Assembly (NCBI GenBank): GCA_032718475.1 | Contig: JAUCBJ010005560.1 | Coordinates: 2,861-66,860 of the forward strand | Direction: 5' to 3' | Length of the DNA stretch: 64,000 bases | From: Nemertoderma westbladi | Lineage: Eukaryota; Animalia; Xenacoelomorpha | Shown here: in pieces, positions 48,894 through 60,561 of the stretch | Numbering within the stretch: position 1 is the stretch's first letter | Layout: each line of letters starts with the position of its first letter | Translations under genes and position numbers: made by a program | The notes under the pieces: generated by a model | Seen by the model: the letters and a program-made list of their open reading frames with translations, nothing else | Databases searched by the model: none | Told to the model about the DNA's origin: nothing

Positions 48894-50706
48894 TAAACTT
48901 AATAATCATAACAATCGTAACATCGTTAACACTTAATAATCATATTTATTTTTCATATATTACTTCACCGTGGATAATTTATTGGATCTGTACTGGTTAA
49001 TCACTGTGACCATATTAGTAGTGTTTTTTTGTCAAAGGCTGGTTGAATAGTTCTCATTAATTTGATGTCTTAAAGACAAGGTACGGTACCACCAATTATT
49101 TAAATACTTATATCTGCCCTGCGTTTACGCAAATCAGTATTATTATTGTTATAAAACTGGTGACATAACTTCGGGCGCTTAACAATAAGCAGTAAACGTA
49201 ATATCTAACTCAATAATAACTAATTCCATTAGCTATCTCATTCTTAACTCAATCGTAGTAAAATTATAATAATTAGCGCGAATGAAAATAATGCCATAAT
49301 TAATTAAGCGGAACGTTTCTATTTATTACATTAAACCATCATCAGCCAAATACTACAGTAAGACACATAAAGTTTAAATTACATTCTAAATTATTAATAT
49401 TACTGCAAAATATGTGAAAACATTACAATACGAGAAGATATAAGAGCCTAACTACTTGCATACGTAATACTACATTCTTAACTCTTTTTGGCCCGTGAAT
49501 TCATCTGTGGTTACTTTGGCTCGCACCCAAGCTTCTTTTTTTATTATTCATGTTTTTAAGCGGTGTAAAGTACTTGGCTGTGTAAAGTGCTGGCAAAGCA
49601 TGATGCAGCCTCACATCTCACACTGCACTCCTTAGTCCTAACCCACAACCCACCCGCCCCCACAACACACACATTTATCTCAGAGATTATTTAATTCGAG
49701 CAGTCTGGACTTTTTAGTTTTTATTAAATTAGTTATTTTGTTTCGCTGACACCCAATCATGCTAAATGTTCTAATCATTATAAACCCAGAGGATACATTG
49801 CGCAGCTGTTGGTCGCGTAGTGTTAAAATCCTCAAAATGGCCAATTTGTGTTTCACAACATTTTGGATTATTAGTTACAATAAGTTGATGTTAAGCCGCG
49901 AGCAGTACCACCAAAACCGATAGACTGGTCTGGACCCGAGTACAATGACCTTAGCAACCAACCAGCGATACCAATCAAACAAACACCATGTCTTTAATAA
50001 TTGCGACCAGGGCAATCATAAGATGTTATCTGCCAGTCTGCCGGCTAAGCTGAAAGTGCTGCTTCCTTTAATCTTTTAAGCGCATGTGTGGCCTGTCCGG
50101 CAGGTTCTTGTTAAAATTCCTGCGGTCATTACAGACCACCGTGTGGGTTACTGTCTGTTGAATGGCTTTGGTTATTATACTTCTACCTAGTCTACTTGCC
50201 TCTTACATGTATGGAGCCGCCATAATGTCGCGCCTGTATCAGCTAATTCTCTTTATATGTCACCTCCAACTATTTTTTTTCACAGTTTCTCAGTTTTAAG
50301 ATCTAATCATTTCTGATTTGAATAATAAATTACTAATTGGCTAATTAATTATTATATTATTATTATTAGTTTATTACCTTAACATATGACATAACATATG
50401 TATGATAGTTATGTAATTTAGCACCCATAAAAGCATAAGCAGGAAACAGCGGTTGTCCTTTAGTGTAAGTTTAGTTAGACTATATTTTTCCTAGGTATCG
50501 GTAGCATAATTATATCTGTCTATTTTTAACCTTTCCGGACGTCTCAAAATGCATTATTTAGACTTCACGGTTTTTATTATTGGTAATGTGGGTGAATTAG
50601 TGCGATTTCATATTATAATTTTCTACCTTTCACTGGATAAAGACGCAATCCAAATTCATCCCTCTCCTCTCCAGGGGGAAATCGAAGCAAATAACAGCGC
50701 TGAGTG

Positions 50707-51538
50707 CCGTTGTAACAGATAATTTTCACTCCCCATGCAAAACCACCCCCGGTCCCGGTTAAAATTCCCTAGTTCTCACTCCCGGTGTATCAGCACGTAA
50801 ATTACGTACCGTAATAAATATATAGACATTGTAGCGGTAGAACCCTTCTAGCAGCACGTAAAGTTACATGTGGTAACTGTAGACACTGTATATCCCTTCG
50901 CGCTCACTGTAGACACTGTATATCCCTTCGCGCAGCGCGTGAGTTGCATGGAATAAATATACTGTATATTGGCCCTTCGCGCAGCATCGAGATACACATA
51001 GTAAATAGACACACCGATGAGACTTAGATCACCACGTGAATTACGCAATAAATAGTTAGAGACATTTTAGAACCCGTCCAGCAGCACGTGAGTAATACCG
51101 GTATGCAGAACGCCTAAATATAGATACTTTTGGCGGGCCCATCGCGCAGCATGTTAGTTAGACGTGGGTGTCTTCGAGTGTTTTTCTCGCTGAAGTGATA
51201 ACATGTTTCAACTCACAACTGCACCAGCACCAATCGAGCTCACAATCGGTGATAGAAAGCAGATTAAATATTAAATTTATTTATTCTCGAATCTCTGCAG
51301 CCTCCATGTACAATTCAGTTAGATAGTAGCAGACTAGAGAGTAACTCAGTAACTGTAGGCTTATATCGTATTTAAATTAATATAGAAAATTAGAATATCA
51401 TGGGGGTAAGAATACACAGAGAGGGGTTAAATTTCACAAAAAAATCATCCGGAGTAGTTTCACGCCCGGTTAAAATGCCGTAGTGAATTCTAACCGGGAT
51501 GTGAATTTTTAGGGGGGTGAAATTTCCTGCTACATCGG
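50707..51538. mobile_element. MITE-like element with imperfect TIRs and internal CAGCACGT-type repeats
   Basis: Left end ccgttgtaacag..aattttcactcccc..tcccggttaaaattc versus right end gaattctaaccggga..ggggggtgaaatttcctgctacatcgg. Confidence 0.6.
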
Positions 51539-52360
51539 TAGGCCCTACTCCTAAAAATAAAACTAAATGTTATATTGATTTACGTTTGTTGTTTATTTAC
51601 GTGCCAAATGCCAAAGTTACTGTAACCTTACCTTTCATTTACCTTATTGCGAATTTAAGATTGAGACGATATATTTATACTCTGAAACATGTCTCTCTAT
51701 GTCTCATGTTTAGATTACAAATCCGCAAAAATATTGCAATCCATACTGGCATACCCGTAGTTGGTAATTATCTAAGTAAATCTAAGTTATCTAAGTAGGC
51801 CTATGTATCTGTGTATATACAGTTTACTGTTTAGGTCCATACTGATACTGTACTACTACTCGGTCGAGCGTCGAGCGAACTCGGACAAAGTCGGATTAGG
51901 TCCATATCTGCAATTAATCTATATTAAATGTATTGTATTGTATTGTATTGTAGTGTATTCTAAATAAATAATAAAAAATTCTTAATAATAAAAAATAATT
52001 CAGTTAACTCCTGCTTGTTGTAGTCATACGTCATAATACCGGTAACCATAAACAAACTTTAGCATTTAGTTCTCTGTATTATCAGTGTATTATGTATTAG
52101 GCTAGTCTGTAGGCCTATGTATATTGGTAGGACAGTAGGAGGCCTTCAGTAACACTCGTAGATTATCCATTATATTTGTACAAAATATTATATTGCCGTT
52201 CCCGGTCACCGGTGTTCATATCAGCATATCTTTATATAGGCCTACTGATATAGAGACTGAGAGTGGCAGAGAGGTAGTCAGGTAGTGGCGTAGTGCCAGA
52301 GTGCTGTGCTGCTATCGGCTGTGAATAAATTCATGATGTATTTATGGCGCCGTTGTAGAA

Positions 52361-55300
52361 ATGGCCTATTTTAAAGCCATAGAAGATGGAAATATTATGA
52401 AAGTAAAAGCTGCTATCAGCAACATTCCCAATGTATTCGACCCCAACCTCAAGAACAAGAACGGGGAGGCGGGTCTCCACATGGCGGCTGGGTACGGACA
52501 TATCGAAGTAATCGAGTACCTCCACTCCCTCGGTGCGAATCTCAACGTGCGAGACAACCACGGGGACAACGCAGTGTACTGGGCGGCCCGGCACGGCCAT
52601 GTCGAGGTAATCCGATACCTGATAGACAACGGCGCGGAGCTAAACCATCAGGATAAGGAGGGCGAGTCTGCGCTGCACGTAGCCGGTCGCTACGGAAACG
52701 CTGAGGTTATCCGTTTCTGCGCGGCGCATTCCGGGACGCAACTCGATCTGCAGGACGTCGACGGAGATTCCCCGCTGCACTGCGCGGCATGGCACGGCTA
52801 CGCGACCGTGGCCACGGCCTTGTGCGACTCGGGGGCCCAACTCAACGCGAAGAATAGAGACGGAGAATCCGCGTTAGCGATCGCGGCGGCCAGGGGATTC
52901 CTCGAGATCGTCGGGATTCTCGAGCAGTCCGGATGTAAGTTAGACCTGCAGGACCGGACCGGTTCCACCGCGGTCCATCTAGCGGCGCGTCGACGCCACG
53001 CCGAGATCGTCGAGTATCTGTCAGCGGCCGGTGCGGATCTATCCGTGGCGGACCGTAACGGCGACACGGCGTTGCACACGGCGACCCGACTGGGGGACCT
53101 AGACGCCACCGAGTCGCTACTCCGAAACGGGGCCGATCCGAATCGCGCCAACCGTCACGGCGACCTCCCATTGCACCTCGGCGCGCGCGCCGGACACGCG
53201 GACCTCGCGCGCACCTTGGCGGTGGCCGGATCCGAGTTGGGACGGAAGAACTCGGCTGGATTGTCCGCGGAAGTCGTCGCCATGTCGGAGGGACACGACG
53301 AGATCGGGGAGCTCATCCAGAGCCTCCGACTGGAGGGGAACCTCGGGTTCTACGCCTCGCAACTCCTCCCGAGTATCTCCTCGATCCCGCGGGTTAAACT
53401 CGTCGTCCTCGGGGACTCCGGGAGCGGCAAGTCGACGCTGATCGAGTCGCTCCGCTCCGGGGTGCTGCGTTCCCTTCTCCGAGTCCCTTGGGCCGCTCTG
53501 AGTCGCTCCTTCGACGCGACGGCCTATAAACCCGGGTTGGACTCCGTGGCGACGCGCGGTATCGATATCCGCTCCGTCTCGCTCCCAGGAGCCGGCGACT
53601 TCTCCGTCTGGGAGTTCCCCGGCTCCCCCTCCTACTCCTCAGTCTTCCATCACTTCCTCCTCGATCCCGTCGCTCTCTACCTCGTTCTTTTCCCGTTGAC
53701 TCTGAAACCCGGGCAGCAACTGGCCGCCGTTCTCTATTGGCTGGGTTTATTGGTCGCTAAGCAACGCCGTGGACGCGTCATGTTGGTCGCAACGCACGGC
53801 GACGCCGCCGGTTGCCGTAGAGACGAGGAAACCGGGGAACTGGTCAGTGATACTGCGGAGGCGGTGCTGCGGATGGCGAAGCGACGCCTCCTAGCTGCGG
53901 GTGTGGAGCAGCGCCCTCTAGCGGTGGGTGAGGGAGAGCGCCCTCTAGCGGCGGGTGTGGAGCAACGCCCCCTAGCGGTGGGTGAGGGACAGCGCCCTCT
54001 AGTGGGCGCAGACGAACAGCGCCCGGTGGCCTCGCAACCGTTCCGGGAGGGACTGGAGTTGGAGGACGAGGTGGCGGTGGTCGACGGCCGGGGTTCCCAA
54101 AGCCGCGAGTTACGTCGACTCCGTTCCCGTCTGCGCACCCTCCGTTGCGACCTCCTCAACCGCCAGCCGCCGCCCACACTCCTCGTTTCCGTTATCTCAA
54201 CGTCGTTGCCGCAGTGGCGGCGCGTTCTCGCCGCCTTCCCGGTTATAACGTGGCGGCAGTTTGTGGCGGCGGTCCGCGCGAATATCAACCCGGTGGCGTG
54301 CGAGGGCCACCTCCGCGCGGCTGCCGCGGCATTGCGCGCCGCCGGGGAGATCATCACCTTTCCCGGGGTCGAACTGCTGGACGACTTGGTGGTTCTGGAG
54401 CCGCGATGGCTGTGCACCTCGGTTATCGGACGGCTGCTGGCCCCGGACACCGAGTGTCTGGACGATGGGGTTCTCAGCGTCGACGAGTTGGCTCGGCTGT
54501 TCGAGGAGGGCGCCCCCGCTAGAGGCGTCGACGTCTGGGAGCTCGCCCAACTGCTCGTCTCGTTGGACCTGTGCAACCCGACGGAAGGGGGCCGTCTCTA
54601 CGAGTTCCCGTGTCTCAATCGGCTCCCCGCGGCCTACGGCGGCACTCTGTGGGAGTCCCAGCCCGGGCTGGTCTACGGGGGACTCAGACTCACCGTGTTC
54701 GGGGGCCCGTCGACCGCCCTCCCTCGTGGGGTCTTTCCTAAGGTCCAGGTCTACCTACAGCAGTTCGTGGACTCCCGTAGCAGTTCCGACGACGCCTCCA
54801 TCTACATCTGGGCGAACGGCAGTAAACTAACAATCGGACAACTCGAATCCTTGCTCTACATCGTCACTTACAACCACAACGCCCATATCGATATCGTAGT
54901 CCGCGGTCTACCCAACGAGTCTCATTCCTGTCTTATATTCCTGTTCGATATGGTATCCTTGGTGGACCAACTCATACTGGACAGCTACCCCGGATTGACT
55001 CTCATCCGATCGATCCTCTCAGCCAATCAGCTCGCCGAACACGCCCCCGTGGTCTACTCCTACCCCCCGGCGATGGTCCATCGCACCCTCCTTAGGGACG
55101 ACTCTTTGTTCCTCAACGAGATCAACGACTACGTCGAACAGCTCCACGAACTCGTCGGGTTCGGCTCGCGAGCCACCGCGGCTCATCTGATGCCCGGGAT
55201 GCGACTCCCGGCCAATCAGATGCCGTCGCGGTGTCTCACCGAGGTCTGTCGTCTACTGGACGCGCGGGACGCGCTGGGGAGGGACTGGTGTCTGTTAGCC

Positions 55301-55549
55301 GTCACTCTGCGGTTGACCAACGTGGTCCCCCGACTCATAGAGAGCGAGTTGGGCGAGTCACCCAGCGAGTTGGTGCTACGGGACTGGGCCCAGGACGACA
55401 GTCACACCATTGGGGAGCTCGTGTGTCGACTGCTCGAACTGGGGAGGGAGGACGTGGCCTTGGTCTTAATGTCGTTGACTCCATTGTTTAAGTATCACCG
55501 TGGAAACTGGTCGCCCAATAGGATTCGATTGAATGGCGGTCACAGCTGA
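52361..55549 (+). CDS. DAPK1: DAPK1-like Roco protein (ankyrin repeats-ROC-COR-death domain) without kinase domain, intronless CDS; nested in host intron 11 (same strand as host)
   Basis: NAVYWAARHGH and PLHCAAWHGY ankyrins; GDSGSGKSTL P-loop; GDFSVWEF; LVATH; PRWLCT; GVFPKVQV; GRDWCLLA...LLELGREDVA death domain. All are collinear with DAPK1. Confidence 0.92.
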   Translation: MAYFKAIEDGNIMKVKAAISNIPNVFDPNLKNKNGEAGLHMAAGYGHIEVIEYLHSLGANLNVRDNHGDNAVYWAARHGHVEVIRYLIDNGAELNHQDKEGESALHVAGRYGNAEVIRFCAAHSGTQLDLQDVDGDSPLHCAAWHGYATVATALCDSGAQLNAKNRDGESALAIAAARGFLEIVGILEQSGCKLDLQDRTGSTAVHLAARRRHAEIVEYLSAAGADLSVADRNGDTALHTATRLGDLDATESLLRNGADPNRANRHGDLPLHLGARAGHADLARTLAVAGSELGRKNSAGLSAEVVAMSEGHDEIGELIQSLRLEGNLGFYASQLLPSISSIPRVKLVVLGDSGSGKSTLIESLRSGVLRSLLRVPWAALSRSFDATAYKPGLDSVATRGIDIRSVSLPGAGDFSVWEFPGSPSYSSVFHHFLLDPVALYLVLFPLTLKPGQQLAAVLYWLGLLVAKQRRGRVMLVATHGDAAGCRRDEETGELVSDTAEAVLRMAKRRLLAAGVEQRPLAVGEGERPLAAGVEQRPLAVGEGQRPLVGADEQRPVASQPFREGLELEDEVAVVDGRGSQSRELRRLRSRLRTLRCDLLNRQPPPTLLVSVISTSLPQWRRVLAAFPVITWRQFVAAVRANINPVACEGHLRAAAAALRAAGEIITFPGVELLDDLVVLEPRWLCTSVIGRLLAPDTECLDDGVLSVDELARLFEEGAPARGVDVWELAQLLVSLDLCNPTEGGRLYEFPCLNRLPAAYGGTLWESQPGLVYGGLRLTVFGGPSTALPRGVFPKVQVYLQQFVDSRSSSDDASIYIWANGSKLTIGQLESLLYIVTYNHNAHIDIVVRGLPNESHSCLIFLFDMVSLVDQLILDSYPGLTLIRSILSANQLAEHAPVVYSYPPAMVHRTLLRDDSLFLNEINDYVEQLHELVGFGSRATAAHLMPGMRLPANQMPSRCLTEVCRLLDARDALGRDWCLLAVTLRLTNVVPRLIESELGESPSELVLRDWAQDDSHTIGELVCRLLELGREDVALVLMSLTPLFKYHRGNWSPNRIRLNGGHS
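53891..54030 (+). repeat. 27-bp coding repeat (about 5 x 9 aa, AAGVEQRPL/AVGEGERPL) inserted in the ROC domain
   Basis: gcgccctctagcggtgggtgagggaga-type units. Confidence 0.85.
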
Positions 55550-55559
55550 TAGGCGCATC

Positions 55560-55707
55560 TGATGTCAGCAGACATCAGCTGATGTCTGTCACAGCAGACA
55601 TTCGTGTGAATGTCTGTCACAGCAGACATTCGTGTGAATGTCTGTCACAGCAGACATTCGTGTGAATGTCTGTCACAGCAGACATTCGTGTGAATGTCTG
55701 TCACAGC
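55560..55707 (+). repeat. 28-bp self-complementary tandem repeat just 3' of the DAPK-like stop
   Basis: Unit atgtctgtcacagcagacattcgtgtga, about 4.5 copies. Confidence 0.9.
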
Positions 55708-56999
55708 CGATATCCAATTCGGTTGAATCGCATAGCATATTGTGATGTGCAGTCTTTAGTACTTTATCTTGTCTTGGTCAAGTAATGTCAATAATACCAT
55801 AGATAATATTCGGCCCTTTTTTACGTATTTTTATTTATATTGTATGTTTTGGATTATCTGGTGTTTTTGATAGTTTTTACTTTTATCACGGTATGTTTTG
55901 ATCGTTTTTTTCCTACAGGCCTAGTACATATAATTGTATAGTAATTTGTGATATTTTTAAATAATTGTAACAAGTTGAGACAATCGGTCGTTTATTGTGT
56001 ATAAATTGGTGGTTTATTTCATAGCTTATTTCATAAATATATATTTAGGTTTTTTTGTATAAACTATGTATTCTTTAATATTTATAGTGTGTATGGTTGT
56101 ACTTGTACTTGTATTAGTATTATATTGTTTCTTTATTTAACAGTGATGATATTCTCATACTTAATTTTGCCTTAAGTTCGTATATTACGTTAAAATTAGA
56201 TTCGAAATAACGCAATAATAAATTGTAGAGGTCTCTAATGACAATAAGGTATTAAGGTTATTAACATTTTGTTGAAGTTTCAAAGATTTGAAATCGACTT
56301 CACTACAGAAATCATATTGTTTTGTTACTGTATATGTACTTTATAGTTACTTTATTTACTGCTTTATTGATGTTCACTTCAGGTTACACGAATGCTACTT
56401 ATGCAGTTAAAGATAAAAATGTCATCATTCAAAGTCAAACAACATTCATTATTATCATTGCATGCTATTAAGATCAGTTAACAGCATTACGTTACGAGCC
56501 TCGGTTTCGTTATTGCACTCGCCCCGCTCGTAATGATGTCCATAGTAGGGCCTGAAGCGGTTAATTTTTCCGTCAACCGGTTAACCATTTCCAATTCACC
56601 GGTTAAAAAGTAGAAATGTTTGTTTTATGTTGAAAAAGAAGTATGAATTAGGCCCACCTAGACCTACAACCTATGGTGCAGTGGTGCAACATACATACTA
56701 CGGTACATACTATGAAACTGAAAGTTATATCGCTGACAGTGCCGAAACTTAAGCTACAGTACCGGTATGTATATTTATTCCGTCTCTACTTGCTGCAATA
56801 CTATTAAGTGCCTCTATAGCTCCATTGTGATAGAGCCACCAGTACTATAGTGTATTGTATGTATACTGTACTATTATTATTATGGATTATTATGTACTGT
56901 AGTTCTACAGCTGCATACACTACAAAATGAATTTCTGAAACATCGCAATGGGAAATACACATAAAAAAGTTAATTAAGTTTGAAAGTTAATTAATCTGT

Positions 57000-58150
57000 A
57001 AACGACGGTACGATTTGTATATCTCGGATTGAACCAAACAGTTGTTGTCACGGACTGCACAAATAACAGCATTTGTCGATGCAGAAACTACTAAATAGTT
57101 TAGTAGTTTACTTAATAGTTAGTTAGTTTACTAAATAGTATGTAAGGGAAGTCTATGTAAATGCACCACAGAACGGATACCTAAACTGACGTGCATCTCG
57201 CTAGCACTACAGTTTAGCTACTGAAACCAAACAGCCGTGTAACTGAATTTGTTAAGGCAACTTTAAGACTGTTAAATATCCATTGACTGCAATAGACATC
57301 GGCCCAAAGTGCATTACAATAAATATTACAACAGTAGCTATTGAAAAGTCGAAGTTTAACTAGTTTACTGCAGTTACTGAATTTACGAATAATAATATTA
57401 GCACGGGAATACATTAATCTAGTCTGGGCTTTAATATCTACGTCATCAGAAAAGTCTGGGGTGACGTAATGCCCTAAGTATTTAAACTTGTTGACGACTT
57501 CTAATATATTACCATCCAATGTGAAGTTCGTATGGGTTCTAGAGATATAGTATATATTGAAGAATCTCGGAGACAGGATACGGTTTCGATAGTGCTCCGT
57601 CCCATCTGACATAAATTACCTGATTTTTGTACCAGAATAAAATAATTATAAGTAAAAATAATGGAATGCCCCGCTCATAGAGGCGGGTAAAAAGAATAGA
57701 TAAATCAACAGTATCAAATGATTTAGTAGCGTCCAAGAACGCTGCATGGACATTGGAACCATTAAGCAGGTAGTCATTAATAACCTCTTTAAGAGAGTAA
57801 GTGCGCATTTCGATACCAAGTTTACGTTTAAAGCCAAATTGATAATCGGTTGTAAATAAATACAATTCAATTCTAAATTGAATAATTATTTCATACAGTT
57901 TACTAATAATGCTCGATAAGGAGACCGGCCTGTAATTGTTATTATCAGACTTATCTCCTGTCTTATCTTTTTTTAATTTGAACAACAATTGTGGAAATCA
58001 TCCATTTTGGTAAAAAAAAACCATGTACATTAAAAGAACTAAAAAGCAATGATAAAAATATAAAAAATATAACCAGAATTTTAGGACCATTTACAATATG
58101 TTCGGCATAGATACCATCCTCGCCAGAAGACTTAATGCTCCTTCAAATAC
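57000..58150 (-). pseudogene. Degraded LINE reverse transcriptase remnant
   Basis: NYRPVSL, QFGFK, FLDATKSFD and KFKYLGH in different frames; the QG/YADD core is missing. Confidence 0.8.
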
Positions 58151-58299
58151 CGTATTGCAGTTTCCGTTTCGTCAATATTAAAAATCATGTCATTATTAAA
58201 AACTAAGTTACTAAAACGTCTATTAAAATCATAAAACTCATGCTCATTTATGAAATTAGTCATAAATGTCATTTTAAAAAAGTCAGCTATAAATAACTA

Positions 58300-58636
58300 T
58301 ATACGTCATTGTTCATATTATAGCACATTATAGCGTTACGGCACGAGTGATTTTGTTTCGCGAGCGACAGCGAGGGAAATAATAGAACGAGGGCCGTAAA
58401 AGCTTTAATGTGCAAATTATGAACAATGGCGAATCTAATTTTATTTATTTGTGTGGAATTATTTGTAGTTATGCACTTAAACTTTCTAGAACAACCTAAT
58501 AATGACGCGGTGACATACTGGATATAGGGGACCTACTGGAAATACAGTAAAATGTGTGGCGTAGGGACATTCTGAGAAATAATGTCGCACTGGCGATTTG
58601 GTAGTGCGAAATTAATTCCACAAAAATAAATAAAAT
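58300..58636. mobile_element. Small palindromic MITE-like element
   Basis: cattgttcata..gcacatta..ttacggc is mirrored by gccgtaa..taatgtgc..tatgaacaatg; a second inverted-repeat pair lies at about 58438 and 58636. Confidence 0.5.
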
Positions 58637-59895
58637 AATTTACTGTACCGAGGTAATAAATGCTTTTTAATGGACCTCAATGTCAATATGTCCCCCTCCA
58701 AATGACTGAACTTTGAATTACCTGATAGACTGTTCGTGAGCTATAAATATAAATTATCCCCTCTATTTTTCCTATTAATAGCTGACCTCGACCTCCTTCT
58801 GGTTATTCTGTGTGTTTACGGAAATGTCGTCGGTTGACCTGCTTGATTTGCAAGTGTTTTATTTTATGTAGTGGCTTTACTTATCCCAAGGGCTCGTCTG
58901 ACCTGTCTCCCACAAGTAGCACCCCACCCCACCCCCCCCCCCCCCCCCCCCCCCCTCTCCCTCTCACAGATTTCGGTTAGCTACTTGTTTTAGTTAAGAA
59001 ATGTACATAAATAATTGCAACAACTAATAGTTGCTCGTGAAGGGAGCTGAAACTAGATCCTGAAACAGTTACTGCCTGAAAAATAACATGGTTATTGTTT
59101 AATTGCCTCTCTGGAATCAGTTTAAACATAATTTTGCTTTCCCCCCAGTTTTTCAGATGGGAATTATAATTTACAATGCCATCTGATTAGGCCTCTGTAA
59201 TGAATTGAATTTCAAAGGGAAGTAAAATGGTAATATATTAATTCACATCTGCCCATCATATTTTGTTGATGGAAACATGTCTGGTGATCTGAGACGTATC
59301 ACAATCACATTCGATTTAATTTGAATATTTATTTTCTTTATATGGTATAGCTTTATGTCTTTTATATTGATTATGGGCTGAGTATTTTTTTTAACAATCA
59401 AGTTAAATTAACTAACTCTAAACAAATTTGATCCTTTTCTTCGGGGTGACATAAAAGTGCATATAGTAGATTTAGTTTGAATAAAAACGCCGAGTAAAAA
59501 TATGTAGCCTTCTATAGCTTATGCTTTAACCTAAACCTTTAACATTGATGATATTTCTCGACACACAGATCTTATTATAGCTAATTTCATAACTACCTGG
59601 CATTCCTGATTCACAGTTTTAAAACCTCAAACATAAGTCATAATCTATGATCCGGATTTAAACGAACTATCGTCTTTCACTCTACTATGCGCCAACACTG
59701 GCCTGGTATACCTGATTGACTGATTCCCATTCTGCCCTTTATCCTGTCACTTTTCTCCTACACACTTTTGCCCTGCCCCCCTTTCTCCTACCTCCACATG
59801 CCCCCTTCTCCTACATTCCTCGTGCCCTTCTCACATCACTTACCACCCCCCCCCCCCCCGCCCTTGTCACTAATCTCAATTCAATTCGTCTTTAG

Positions 59896-60067
59896 GTTAT
59901 CAGTTTGGAAAGAGAAGTTGATGAAGTTCGGAATACCGTACGAACTACCGAGTTGCAACTTAATTCTAAAGAAGACACCTTGGGAAGTTTCAAACGACAA
60001 TTAGAAGACACACAGTACAATCTAACGTCGGTTGAAATGGAGTTGAAAAGATCTGAAGAAACTGTCG
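59896..60067 (+). CDS. Host exon 12 (172 nt, ends phase 1): VISLEREVDE...SEETV
   Basis: gtctttag| acceptor, G|gttagt donor. Confidence 0.85.
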
Positions 60068-60561
60068 GTTAGTTACTAGAATATTAAATTACATAAACAT
60101 AAATTACCGAATTATTCTGACAATATATCCTCAGTACTGTAATGCACTTTTAGTTTATATTATAACAAGGGTATATAAGAGTACATCCGTACCTTCTTAG
60201 ATATTAATAATAATACTATGTTGGGCATTATTGAAAAACCATTATACGTTACGCACGGAATTTGACAGTTGCAGGCTCAAAGAATTTTGATATAAACAAG
60301 TAAATTTGTTTCACATTGCATACCTTTAGTGCTAAATTAGGACATCGACATCAGTAAGGTGATCAACAAAAAACTGGATCACTATCTGATTAGATTCAAG
60401 ATTTTTACCAAGGAAAATTTCGTTATGCACGGACTGAGGAAAATATATAATTTCTTAAACAATCTTTTGTTGGGTCATATCGGTCGGGTTTATCTAGGTA
60501 TAGAGAGATAATTTTATACCTGTGTAATTTGCAACACAAAATTTAAATTTTAAAATTGCAG

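Noticed and set aside
47278-52360. In-frame fusion of the host coiled-coil exons to the DAPK-like ORF
   Set aside because: Exon 11 ends in phase 0 but the AG at 52357-52358 is 2 nt before the ATG, so splicing would be out of frame. Exon 11 joins exon 12 cleanly.
52331-55491. Overlapping antisense and alternative-frame ORFs within the DAPK-like gene
   Set aside because: Expected by-products of GC-rich coding sequence, with no motifs. The same applies to shadow ORFs over DTYMK, FERD3L, MAK16, SAP30L and TAF10.
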